Shown: positions 51,501 through 64,000 of the stretch, piece by piece
How positions within the stretch are numbered: the stretch's first letter is position 1
Layout of the letters: every line of letters begins with the position of its first letter
NCBI GenBank assembly: GCA_037379345.1
Contig: CM074520.1
Coordinates: 16,471,488 to 16,535,487 of the forward strand
DNA: 64,000 bases
Direction: 5' to 3'
Source: Perna viridis
Lineage: Eukaryota
The notes under the pieces: generated by a model
Told to the model about the DNA's origin: nothing
Databases searched by the model: none
Seen by the model: only the letters and a program-made list of their open reading frames with translations
Position numbers and translations under genes: made by a program

Positions 51501-53322
51501 TGGCATGAGTTCAAATAAGTAACAAAGATTGCCTTCCCATGAGGGCAGTGAAAACTTGGCAATAAGTTAATAATTTACAAAATTTTGACAGCTTGTGTTT
51601 TGGTCTCTTAGATCAAAATGAAAAAGCTGAAACTTAGTGATTCGAGTGATTGTTTGTGTGTTAACTTGCTGAAAGTTTTACATTTGGATAAGCTCACCAG
51701 AAAAACTAGCAGGTTTGTTTGTTGTTCAAAGTTTGTTATTACTTTTGATTGTTTTCTAAAAATGATTGTCAATATTATTGGTTCACGTTGACATTACTCA
51801 AAAGGGATTTCAAATAGGATAAAAAATTACTATTGACGTGAATACTTCCAATGTTTACAAATGTTTTGCTAAGAATTATGTCAAAGATCAAACAATTGAC
51901 TCTTGAATGTCAATTTAAGAGTCATCTCTAATGTGTGCATTTGAGATTTAATATAACTTTCCATATTATGGAACAATTCAAATTGTGATTGCTCACCGGG
52001 CGGTTTTGTTTTCAAAATGAGGTCAGTGATAAAAACAAATTGAATATGAATTAAGATTACCATATTTTGATAAATGTTTATCAGCCACCTTGTCGCACCT
52101 GGCAGTGCGATTATTTTTCTCACCTGGACCATGTTTGGACATTTAAGGCCAATGCCGTATTTTTGCATAAACTAATCCAAAATGTCAACATCCTTACATT
52201 TATGATGGAAATTACCCCTTTGTTGCGCGACTGAAACAACAATTAAATGTTTTGTCCGTCAACACCTTTTGTGTAATTGATTACGTGGAAACAATAAATG
52301 TTGATGGGCAATGGTCATTCAACAGTAACGACCATATTTGTCCAATACATAGCTCGTCCACTCCCATAGTCACGTCAACTCATATGGTGGTCGCTGTATC
52401 ATTAGTTTGTTTCTTGGATCAAATAGATTTGGGTTTCTCACATTACGTATCATAACCCCGAAAGGTAAGGATACAAATACTTCATTTGTGAGTAAACACC
52501 ACAAAAATATTTTTGATTTATATCGAAAAGAAACAAATGCATGTGTATTTACCACTCAAAAAAAAGCATGATGAATATCTTAAACTTGGTTCATATAATG
52601 TATTATAGAGTATATTCATTTAAACTTATCTATCATATTCATTTCAAGAAAGTTATGCTTTCATTAATAAAAACATTTTGTTTTCTTTTTTAATGAAAAT
52701 TGATGTAATAAATCTCATATTACAATACCAAAATTGTTTCATTCAAAATTGATTATTGTGTCTTCAGTTTAATAAACTTCTGTGTCTTTTTCAGAAACAA
52801 ATTAGTTTAATCTAGTAAAGTACATGTATACATGAAGTACATACATAATTATCTTATTATTATCAAAATGATTTTAAACCATATACCAGGAAAATATGAC
52901 ATACAGGAAATTGGGATGCTGGGCGACCCACGTTCTGTTGAGTGGATACTCTTGGTGTACTGTTAGTTTAGAACAACAGGCAGGGATTTTATCTATGATA
53001 AAAAAAAATTATTTAGTCATTGAAAGATTTCATCATCAAAATTTTATTTAAATCCAATTTCCAATTTAGTTTTTAATTATTGCCTAGCTTTTCAACTCAC
53101 TTAATTGTCTACAATTGCATGTGCAACAGTGTTCATATGCCCTGCCAAAACTTTAAGGATTAGCAGTACTTGATGTATTTGGAGCTAGCATGAATGATAT
53201 CCTAAGTGGTGATCCACAATTTGGTGTGTTTACATTTACATAAGATCATGACTTATGTATAAACATTGACGCCTAGAACCATGATAATCAGGATTACCCA
53301 CAATTTTCATTTTTATTTCCAG

Positions 53323-53383
53323 ACGTTTGAGTACGCTGAACAAATGTGCAATTATGAGAATTGTGACCCCTACAAGAAAAAAT
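53323..53383 (+). CDS. STARD13: SAM exon 3 (RLSTLNKCAIMRIVTPTRKN)
   Basis: Acceptor ttttatttccag, donor AAT|GTAAGT, phase 2-0. Matches DLC1 RRLNTLNKCAVMKL. Confidence 0.95.
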
Positions 53384-54145
53384 GTAAGTTTAATTTTTTT
53401 GATTAGTATCTTTTTATTGTATGTTTTTGCAATGTGGTTTGTTTTGTTTGTTTGTTTGTTTTTTTGTTGTTTTTTTTTGCAGTACATTATTTTTATGGAC
53501 TTAATTTTTTTTTTTTATCTTTAATTTTTAGCTAATGACCATTCTTTCCAATATAAGCTTGAACAATATTTTTTTGCTAGGTATAGTTTTTGAAAATAAA
53601 ATAAGACTTGTATTACATTTCATTAAACTACTTATCTGTATCCTTATGTATTTTGAATCTTTTGTTTATTTTTAATTGTTTGAAAAAGATATGAGATTTA
53701 AATTTTTTACAAACATGTGACACCATTTGTTTTTGTCACAGGAAGCCTGGCCACTCATGTTAGAACATCAGATGATATTTTTCAAATTTTATACATACAT
53801 AACCTGGGCAAGTTTCCGTAGTAAAACATTATTCTTTTCCTTTATAACATAAATTAAACTCCTACGAAAAATAGTATAGCCTTTAGTCCATCATTGATCT
53901 CTGAAAAGATAAAATTGACCCAGGTAATGTTTTTGAATAGGATAATTATAATATACTATCATTTACAGTAATTAGGTTGTCATCCTTATTTCAATAGAAC
54001 AGGTAAAAGTGTTCTACATGACCAATTCCATATCAGGTGTATAGATTCAGGAGGTTTTAACTTATATAGATGTTAATGTTCTACAGGAGTGGATATCTGT
54101 AGTGTCAAAGATGTATTATTATTTTCGTGTTTTACTATTATTGGG

Positions 54146-54175
54146 ATGGTAAACATTCTTTGGTTTATAACACTG
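54146..54175 (+). CDS. Possible first exon of a SAM-less isoform, MVNILWFITL (phase 0)
   Basis: gggATGG start context, donor CTG|GTAAGT in phase 0, matching the next acceptor at 56574. Confidence 0.35.
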
Positions 54176-56573
54176 GTAAGTTAAAGGATAAAGATTTTAA
54201 TCTCTAAATCAATCTCTGCAAGAGTTTTTGGTAAAAACTCAATGTTGCTAATTAAAATTCAACAACATTTGTGAAGGCTTTAGAAATTTGAATTTTTTCC
54301 ACCAGGAATATTTATTATTCAGGAATAATGTTAATCCGCATGTACTGTTAGAAAAGATTGTTGACAAAATTGTGCCAGCTTTTCACTAAAGATTTTACGT
54401 GAACAGTTCACCACCATACACAATTTAAAGTTTTAATTTTGACTTAAAAAGTAACAGGAAATTAAAAATCGAATCCTTTTGAGGTTTAATTCTACATCAT
54501 TGGAATTTGGCTCCAAGGAGGATATCATTTGTTACTCTGTAGAAAAGGATTTGGTTTGTTCATTTCTTCGTGTTTAACGAAATTTACATTTCTATTCAAA
54601 GTAATGTCAATTTAATATTCCTCGCTGATGCAACTTCTCACACTACAAGATTAAAATTGTAAGATTTCTTACGTTATTTTTGTCAACAAGTTGAATACAA
54701 GTGAAATCGATCAATGACATCTGCTGTTTCTATGTAATATTAAAAACATTAAATGAGGCAGGCTCTTTGAGGGAATTATGTTTTATCTAAAACAGTGAAA
54801 CCTATTTTGCCACTAGATGTTGAAGGAAAGTTACTGTGACTTTGTAAAATATTATAAATTAATTCTAATGGTGTAATTTTGTCAAATTTACATTTGTTTG
54901 ATGTGAGTTTTATTATGGAATTCCCTAACATGCCTCATTTATGTTTGGTTGCTTTTAATCCCATTCTGTATGGACTCCTACTTTTTACATCTCCATTGCC
55001 TCAGAATTACGCTAGCGTAGGATTTTAGTACCATGTGATCGAATCCCCACCAGGTGAAAACACTGTACTCAGTTGCTTTGGAACTTTTGTGCATTTTCGT
55101 GCTCATCCACTGTCATGCCTATATAGTGTTCCTGTATCATTTGAACTGAATACCCTGTTTAGTTTAAAAGTTCATGTTTAATGGAGATGTAGGACTTCAG
55201 CAGATAAGTGCAAATGGATAACAGAAGTGGCACTGGGTTTATCTAAATACCAACATAAAATTATCTATAATGGACTAGAATTCCTTTTGACAACTGTTAC
55301 ATGTATTGATAAGATTAATTCTCCATCTTTTTAGGGAGATAATCTGTTTTTGATGGTTTTAAGATTTTTGACCTTGATTGGAGATTAAGAAATTCACAAA
55401 TAGGATTATCTATTCAACAAGTCCAAATTTTCATTGTGCATTAAACTACCTGCTATTTTTCCAGAATAATATTGTCAATTGTTTTAAGTTGAAATATAAA
55501 CAGTGGGTTGGCATTACAGATTAATGATTTGACATTGTAATATTTTTATTGTGCATTACTGTGGCAATAGTTTCTCTACTTGGAATATTGAATTATTTTC
55601 CCACATTTTTTCCCATGATAGTTTTGCAACAGAAAATTGATTTGAATTATTGGAATTTCCATAATGGTCCAATGAACATGCTGATTCATTATATTCCAAG
55701 GAATCAGCTGAACAAAAACAAGTGTTGATCATGATTCCGTAAAATGCAGAGGACAATAGTTGTCTAGGTGTTGCTACTTCATGAAAAATTAATGGCAGAA
55801 TGTCAGATTTATTCTCATGTGAACTGATGGATTAATACATGTTAGTGTATTGCATAAGAGGATTAAGGTTTGAGTTTCAGACAGGTAGGGATTCTCAGAT
55901 TTTGAGAAGTGATAGGCTTAACAAGTTGATAAATTTTGAATTCTCATAGAAAGTCTGGTTAATAGATCAGAAATCTTGTGGACAAACCGGTGTTATAATT
56001 CTGAAACTTATGGACTAACTACTTCTAGAAAAATCATGATGTTACTTTACTGGGAGGAGTCATACATATGTCGAAATGGATCGAAGTTTATATCCAAGGT
56101 TATTTTATGTGCATTTATATGTACCATTTTAACTCAGTGACCTTAATACAAAATATGCAAATGAAGGTTAATTGCTAGAAAAGAATAAGTTTACTTAAGT
56201 AAAATATTCCTAGTTTTAATTTATGCAGTAATAGATTTTTGTATGAAGCAGATGAGATTTTTTATTCTGAATAGTAAAGATGGCTACAGATGTGAGACTT
56301 GAATAAAACTAGGATTAAAATATCGATTGTCGATCATAAAACATATATACTGGTACTGTGACACTCTGTGAATGGAGTGTCAGACTGTGCCTAGCACTTT
56401 TATATTAATGTTGAGAAATTTTATGGTTTCAGGTTATTTTGGATCAGCTTTCTGAAAATTATTGCTTTCATAATTGAGTTGGGTATCACATTTCACAAGT
56501 TGCATAATTGTCAATTTCATCAGCACTTGTTTCCTTGTCAATCCAATTAATCATCTCCACTATTTACTTTTAG

Positions 56574-57756
56574 AATGAAGATTCTGATGACGATGAGCAG
56601 TGTGCGCTGAGTAATAACTGGAAATACCAACCCAACATTCGACGCTGGTCAAGAAAAGGCCTTAAAGACAGTACCGATAACACTCACACTGGGACAATTA
56701 CAGTAAAATCTAGTTCTAGTAACGATAGTCTATTAGCTGATCAAAACAGTAGTAGTGAAACTGGTGATAGTCCAGTGCTCGATCATAAAATGCACCATGA
56801 TATTCGTAAATCAACGGACGATTTATGTGTAGGGAATCATTCCAAAACAATGGACAATGGGGTACCATCTGTGACATTTAGTCCAAGATTACGAAGAGCA
56901 GCTAGTGAAAGGATTAAAGGTGCCAAAAGTTTTTTAAAGCGTGTAGAAAGTTTCAAAAGTCGGAAGAATAAGAGACTTCCTAAAGCCGGCAACATGGTTG
57001 AAATAAGTGGTCCTGTTGTTGCAGATAGTGCTGAAATGAAGGAGAAAATTAAGCATTTAAATTGTAAGGACTTGAGTCCAACTAGTGAAAATATGCCTCC
57101 TCCAGTTGACACTAGTTCTCCACTAGAGGTGAAATCTTCAGAAATACCTGAACCATGGTCTAATGAAACAACAAACTACAAACAGACCACTGGTCCAATG
57201 ATTCATACATTGCCTAAATGTAACTCACTCTGTGATAGATCTGTACCTAAAAATAGTGCTATGAAAACAGACGATTCCTCACCGAAAGATAGCGATAGTA
57301 GCAATAGTATATTACAAGAACTAGACCTGTCAATGTCTATAAGTGATTCAAGTTCTGATACATCTATGACATCGCAAAATTGTGCTTTATTTGGAAGTAC
57401 ACCACATGAACGATATCGACACAATCGATGGACAGACAGTTCCGAACTTTATTACTTACCTAATGATTATGTTCCTGGAAAGTTTCCCAAAACTCTTCAT
57501 GAAGATTCTGATGGACTCAATAGTAGAACTGGTAGTTTTAGCTATTTACAAGAGAATGCCTCTGATTCTAGTACCCCTATCCCAGTGAGACGACAAGGGT
57601 CCGCAAACCCAAGAGTAGAACATAGAGGTAGTTTCTATGACAATGTACCATTAGAGGAAAATCTAGAGGCTGCACAAGAGGAACTTGATGATATTTTACA
57701 CAAGTTGTTCCAAGATATTAATGGGCTTAACAAGGCTATCTATGGTGAAGATGCTG
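56574..57756 (+). CDS. STARD13: Large serine-rich linker exon (focal-adhesion-targeting region)
   Basis: Acceptor tttacttttag, donor CTG|GTAAGC, phase 0-1, 1183 nt open. Contains the family motifs EDSDDDEQCALSNNWKYQ..RRWSR, AKSFLKRVES, ISGP, PGKFPK, RTGSF, SFYDNV and ELDDIL. Confidence 0.95.
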
Positions 57757-59915
57757 GTAAGCTTTTAAAACTTTTTAAATACTAGTAAAAATGAAGTACC
57801 ATTTTTTTTAATGCTGTATTCTAATGTGTCTATTTACCTCTATAATAAATGGAAAATGTGGCCAGTGAATCTTAGGGATTAAGGTAAGTGTGTCATTATG
57901 AAATGTTTATTTATCATTCTTATTAAGTAGATATGCAATTAGAGAAACACTTTCAACAATCTAAGTTCATGTTAAACTATGTAAGATACAGTGAGATTCA
58001 CCACATTCTGAGCTTGACACCAATATATTTTACCATAGGGTAAAGTTGACAAAATTCAAGATGAAAAATGACTTCTTTGGCACAAATTACTTAACATTTT
58101 AATCCATAAATATATTGTACTTTAATGTAAACAGTTTAGTGTAAGCTGTCCCATTTTTCATACACTGTAAAAGATGTTTTTTGTATGAGTACATTTTTTG
58201 GTAGCGTCATAGCAAATTTAAACATAAAAAGGGATTTTGTTGTGTAAAGGTTTCATTAATCAGCGATGACTCTCTTGGTTTGGCATGCATTTGCTTAAAA
58301 GGTTACTGAAAAATGAAGAAAGATTAGATTTTATTTGTCTGTTGCATGTTGACAAATTCTCATAAATTTTTCCAAATTTGGTAAGGAATGTCCATTGATG
58401 GGGTAAAGTTTCATCAATTTGACGCAGATTTCGTTATCAGATGAATATTGCATGTTAGCACCTTTTATCGTAATTTAGCCATTTGAAAACTTTCTGTAAC
58501 TTACAAACGTGAGTTGTAAATATTAGTAATTTTGCACTGTATACTACTCAATGGAAAGAAATTTTATACTCCAAAATATTATAAACAAATATATGTCTAA
58601 AGAATATAAACAACTTGTAAATCTTTCTGAATGAGCAATTTTTCACAATGACTGAGGTTTTCGATTTCAGAATAATTTTGTTATAGTTTCTAAATAGCCT
58701 ATTTTTTTGTATTGATTTATGTTTCCATAGCATGAATTCGAACAGGAGGGCTGAACATTAGGATTATTAAAGGATATAAGTATTTGCCTCTTTGAGAAAG
58801 AAATTGGCTGGTTTTCGACTATATGTAATGACCTTGAGCAATGAGCAATTACAAATTGAGCCACTGCCCATTTCATCGATTTTAGTAAATTTTTTAATTC
58901 ATTCTAAATCCCTCAAGTAAATGCATTTGAAATACATTGGTAAAGGATGGATTTAAAAGTTTATTTCAGGTACATGTGTAAGTGAAATCTATTCCTATTG
59001 ATCATGAAATGTACATATATGATTCTCTTTCTCATATGCCTACAATGTTGATATATGTGTACATTTTTGTACACGTAATTAGACTAAAACATGTTCTTAG
59101 TAATTGCCCTCCATTTTTGGTAAAACATTAACCCATAGGCTTGGCAAACAGATGTTATTTCCAAAATTCCCCATATAAATACTTTTGTATGTGGTTATCT
59201 AGCCTGGAGACATGTGTTTATTTGTTCTGGTAGTAAACAAAATACTGTAAAATGCTAATTTCTTCATGTTTATAGCATCACATTTTCAAGATGGTTAATT
59301 TTATTGAAAAATCTTTCCCCTATGTGATCAAGCACCTACCAAAATTTTTCTTCTAAGTCATTAACATGAATGAAAAGTAAAACTGTAAGATATAAAAAAA
59401 ACCTTTTAACTCTTCTATTCATCATGAGAAATAAGGTTAACCAAAACTTTATGCATGAAGTACATTTGGGATTTGTTTTGACATTTTTTGTCACCACAGT
59501 GTCAAACTAGCTGACAGTGACGAACTCTCTCAGCAGTATATATGTTTTAATGTCAAGATTTCAAGAACCATAAATTTTTACATTTATCTCTACAGTGAAG
59601 AAGGAAAGTTAATAAGTGAAGTCCAAATCAAGAAAGTCTTCATGGACTTGATCATGTATATATAGAACAAACTTTTTAATTGATTTTTGTTACCTTAAGC
59701 AGGTGTTAAAGCATAGCCCTAATATCATTTTTATGCTAATTTATTCAGACATATCCACTTTACAAGCCAAGTGCATTATTGTAGTAAGGGTGTATCCTCC
59801 AAAGTTTTTTGTAAGTCATAGATTAATGATTTAAGGCTAACAGTACAGACATGCTTCTAACATGGTTTATTGAAATTACAGCTGTTGAATAAATGTGATA
59901 CTTAGTAAATTGCAC

Positions 59916-59985
59916 TTTTTATACCCCCACTCAGAAGCAGAGGACTATACTGTTTTATCAGTGTCTGTCCATCTGTTAACATACA
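59916..59985 (+). mobile_element. 5' fragment of a HINE-like element
   Basis: TTTTTATACCCCCACTCAGAAGCAGAGGACTATACTGTTTTATCAGTGTCTGTCCATCTGT, similar to the start of the 29667 element. Confidence 0.4.
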
Positions 59986-60365
59986 TTTTGTCTTAACTAC
60001 ACTGGGACTATATATAATACTTGTCAGTTCTAATTTAACCCCAGTCTGAACATCTTATCAAAAAATATGGTCTTGATTAAAATAGGACCATTCTTCTAAT
60101 ATTAGGTACCCTATTATTTAAGTTCATACTTTCATGAACTGCACATTTTAAACAAGTGTAGTATGCTTCTTTGTACAGGTTGCCATTGAGGTGTTGCTGA
60201 TAGTTTTAAGTGCTAAAATAAACTATTGCCCTGTTTGCTGAGTACGTAGGTACCTTAAAGTGGTTATTTCTTGATTTTATAGTAGACCAATAATGTTAGT
60301 AAAATATTTAATAATATGTATATTATAACAAGAATCTGACCAAACACTTTCTATCTCCATTTTAG

Positions 60366-60591
60366 AAGAGTATGAGCCTCCACAATCCAACACTTCACAA
60401 GTAACAGATATAGATGACATTGCAGACGACAGTCTACATGACGACAATGATGTCACAAGTGGTACTGTGTCATCACCAGACAGCAGTGACCATGATCTGC
60501 CAGACTCTTTACATGATGACTCAGCAGAACACATTGAGCCAAGAGAAAGGAGGGACTCAGGTGTTGGGTCATCTCTCACAAGGGCCCCAAG
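60366..60591 (+). CDS. STARD13: Acidic linker exon ending in RERRDSGVGSSLTRAP
   Basis: Acceptor ctttctatctccattttag, donor AAG|GTGAGC, phase 1-2. RERRDSGVG(A/S)SLTR is a DLC family signature. Confidence 0.93.
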
Positions 60592-61031
60592 GTGAGCAGA
60601 GCATTTTCATGTCCAAATTTTGTCCTCTTACAAAGAACCGTTATGAATGATCAGTGTAATTGGGTACTGTTCAGTAGTAGTGAAAGTGAAATGAATGGTA
60701 CCAGAATTTGAATAGTAATCACAAGGAATATAATCCAAATCTAGCAAAAAGACGCACACAATGTAGAAAATGAAATAACGAAAATAACACACACATAGAA
60801 ACTAAAATATCAATGAGCAACCTGGACTCCATTATAATCTGGGAACATTGACCAGGTGCACTGATAAGGTGAACAATCTTTATTTTTCTAGAAACACTGG
60901 CTGAATTACTCATAAATTACACATACAACAGTCTCCAGTTGCAGTTAGTTAGTTTTTTAGGGTCATTTCAATCTTTAAAGTAAATATTTTTATCCTCACC
61001 CCAGTTTTAAGTAATTCTATTTGCTGTATAG

Positions 61032-61453
61032 TGACAGAAGGAAGAGAAACCGGATAAGATGGCATAGTTTCCAGAAATCTCACCGTCCAATCTTTGGAAG
61101 TCAGAATGTTCATATTACAAACCTATCTGTCTGTCAATTGATGGTGCTACAGAAACTCTCACTGTGTAAATTAACGGGTCTAATTGAAAAATACTCACAG
61201 AATCGTTCAGGATGGAGTTGGACTGTACCAAGATTCATGAAACGGAACAAGATTCCAGATTACAGAGAGAGAAATGTCTTTGGAATTCCACTATTGGTAA
61301 CTCTGCAAAGGACAGGTCAGCCATTGCCACAGAGTATATTATATGCCATGAGATACTTGCGGAAAACTGCTGTTGATGCAATTGGAATCTTCCGTAAGGC
61401 CGGGGTCCGTTCTAGGATACAGAAGTTGAAAAATGATGTAGAAGCAAATCCAG
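61032..61453 (+). CDS. STARD13: Exon encoding the pre-GAP region (RIRWHSFQ, WSWTVPRFMKR) and the RhoGAP start, including the arginine finger GIFRKAG (Arg codon 61393-61395)
   Basis: Acceptor ttctatttgctgtatag, donor CAG|GTACTA, phase 2-1. VFGIPL...QRTGQPLPQSI..AMRYLR...GIFRKAGVRSRIQ matches the DLC1 GAP domain. Confidence 0.97.
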
Positions 61454-62696
61454 GTACTATAACATCTATGAATAGATTAATAGTGGGGGAAATCATGATT
61501 TGAATGAAAAGATCTTTCATTGACTGGAAATATAGGATCAAAATCAGAATTACAGGACATTTATGTGTGTAAAATACTAATGAACCTGCTCATGTTGCAT
61601 TTATACTAGACACTCATGATGATTAATTTGTCTTTTAACCTGGGTTAGCAAAAGATACCTTATTTCATTCAAATATTATCCCATATCATGGATTACATTA
61701 GTCCTTTAGTATCATATTCTTATTGAAATGGTGACTAAGCAAAATGCCCATATCAGTAACCTAACATCCTCGCTTCACTTTAAATTTAGTAAAGATGAAA
61801 TATATTTATTAACCATTTTATTTTCTGCATTGAGACTGTGTCATTGTAATGCTCCTTTGAAATTTCACATTTCTTTTTATTGTGCAACACCATTACTGAT
61901 ATTTTTCTAAGGTGATTTTATGGGCTACGGTGAATAAGCAACATTTGAAGCAAATCAGCTTTATGCAACGAAGCAGACAAAAATCAATGATTTCACTGTC
62001 ATTTGCAATAAATATAATATCAGGATAATAACAGAAACAGCTGGAGGTGCCAGGTAGAACAAAACTAGAATATTTCTCAATCTTACATCATTTTTTGGTG
62101 AAGAAAAACGGCGGAAGACGGAAGACTTATTGATTCTTTATACGGCAGACACTTGGGAAAAACTATTAGTTAGCCTATATAAACTTGTTATATTCGTCCC
62201 ACACAAGTTTTACATCACAAAAGATGCTGATGATATTTCTTGTTAATTTCACTTCAGTCATTGATTTTCCAATGGAGTTAAGTCATGTATGACACTTGAA
62301 TCACAAACCTGAACAAAAGACACTCAATAAATCATCCAAAAGCCTTCTATAATTCATAGATTTTGTCATATTTTTGTCCATTAGCTGTGGATTTAATCAT
62401 CAAATGTAAACATATTGTCCATGAAACTTGCATAAGTGTCCAAAATTAGTTTGTGGTTGAAAATTTGCATCCAAACTGTGACACTAGAACATTTGTAATT
62501 AAATTCTTAATTCATGTTCTTGCTGATAAAGCAGCAATGACATTGTTTGTATTCAGATTATACTGATCAAATACCAAATATTGACTATGTTTTTAATCTT
62601 TGAATTGTAAGTTGCAGTCAGAGAGTTTTCTATGCTTATGTGAAGTTTGCAAATATTACAAGCTTGTATTTTAAACAATGTTTTCCTATTTTTCAG

Positions 62697-62822
62697 ATAC
62701 TATAAACTTTGATGATCTCCAGGCGTATGATGTAGCAGACCTACTGAAGCAATACTTCCGAGAACTTCCTGAATGCCTTATGACCAACAAACTCTCAGAG
62801 ATCTTCCTAAATATCTTTATCT
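62697..62822 (+). CDS. STARD13: RhoGAP exon (DTINFDDLQAYDVADLLKQYFRELPECLMTNKLSEIFLNIFI); gene continues past the window end
   Basis: Acceptor cctatttttcag, donor TCT|GTAAGT, phase 1-1. Contains the AYDVADxLKQYFRxLPE GAP motif. Confidence 0.97.
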
Positions 62823-64000
62823 GTAAGTTTTTTTATGCTCTAACAATGATATGAAAATGCACCACTGATACTTTCCCATTTTACTTCAATTAATTTTCTC
62901 TTATCAGAAAGTTGATTTCCGACCAAGACATATAAGTAGATCATTGTTCTATCATTTGAGGTGGAGACTTAAAAACATTGACCATGTGACATGTATCACC
63001 TTTTAAAGCATGAAGGGTGTTGCATCTTTATGGTAATTATTTTCAGATAATTAGACTTTCTGATGGAGATATAATCACAAAAAGAGAAAATTACCTCTGA
63101 AGATAGAATTCCATTATAGTGTCCAATATTACATAACATGTAATGTGATATTTATCATTCATCTTACGAATGATTGATCACTTGATATAATCTTTCTCTG
63201 AGATGAAGGATAATTTTGGTCATGAAATTGACAATTAATTGATGTTATTTCATTGATATTTCTTTTTGAATATAAAGGCATGTTGATTGCATCAAATAAT
63301 CGTTACATGAAGTTGAATAAGTCATTGAAAGCTGGACCTTTGATATTTAGAATTTGAAGTAGTTTGAAAATCTGTTTTGTGCATGTTGATCATAGTGAAG
63401 AATGCATAATTTCTATGTTAATACTTTAAAGTATTTGGTCGCAGCTGCACAAGTTATTTTTACTGTTAGTCTCCTACTTGCTTCTGCATTGCAACAATAT
63501 ATGCATAATTTTAATCCTGCAAGATGTCACACAATCGCACTATCATCCTCAGTCAAAAAAAAAAAGAAACTGTTCTCTGATGTTTTGAGAGTGTCCCGGA
63601 GAAAATAAAAAAATGAAAGGATGCATTTGATGCATATATATGCAAATGTAGAAATATTTATTTTTTACCTGTTATGCAATAAATGTATTGAAACTTAAAA
63701 GATAACTGCATTTTTCATAAAAGTATTGATTTATTTATGTTAAAATATTATGTTATGAATGTTTCACCATTGACAACATAAACCTTAGACAAAATTCCTG
63801 CCGTATTTAGTTTTTTCGTCCAGTTGCTTAGTTATGGTCTGTATCCATTTTCCCATCTCATGTACTTTTTGGATGCAACTCATTTTAGATTTTGATAAGA
63901 TTTTATTAAAATTTTATAGGGTAGTCATACATCATATGTATTTGTTTACATTTGACGGCCATTTGAATTTTGTAAATTTAAAATAATGATGAATTTAAGG

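Noticed and set aside
55010-55060. tRNA-like B-box (GATCGAATCC)
   Set aside because: No cloverleaf or A-box; at most a decayed SINE head.
56837-57588. Antisense and alternative-frame ORFs over large exons (also 63-380, 362-613, 60277-60650, 61317-61541)
   Set aside because: Shadow ORFs of real coding exons.
60283-60365. Upstream acceptors (60283, 60286) for the acidic linker exon
   Set aside because: They lead into stop codons; 60366 gives the correct phase and has a better pyrimidine tract.

Overview
This is AT-rich, CpG-depleted eukaryotic (animal) genomic DNA; the interspersed repeats suggest a bivalve such as Mytilus, which is an inference. Almost the whole window is one + strand, intron-rich gene of the DLC1/STARD13/STARD8 (Drosophila crossveinless-c) SAM-RhoGAP-START family. 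Seven core exons (46025-62822) have canonical GT-AG sites and consistent phases. They encode the SAM domain, the serine-rich linker and the first half of the RhoGAP domain; the rest of the GAP domain and the START domain lie beyond the window. Upstream, a large low-complexity exon (1-885) and a 25-nt microexon (15235-15259) join the SAM exon in frame. Two things stand out. (1) Many ATG-initiated mini-ORFs across the 45-kb 5' region end at splice donors in the phase needed to join the shared exons, suggesting a large array of alternative first exons with different N-terminal peptides. (2) A 505-bp retroposon with a perfect 15-bp target-site duplication (24259-24763) begins exactly with a predicted pseudoknot-plus-hairpin RNA fold rather than a tRNA head. 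The window also holds MITEs, HINE-like fragments and a 47-bp minisatellite. No prokaryotic genes, CRISPR arrays, rRNA or tRNA genes are supported.
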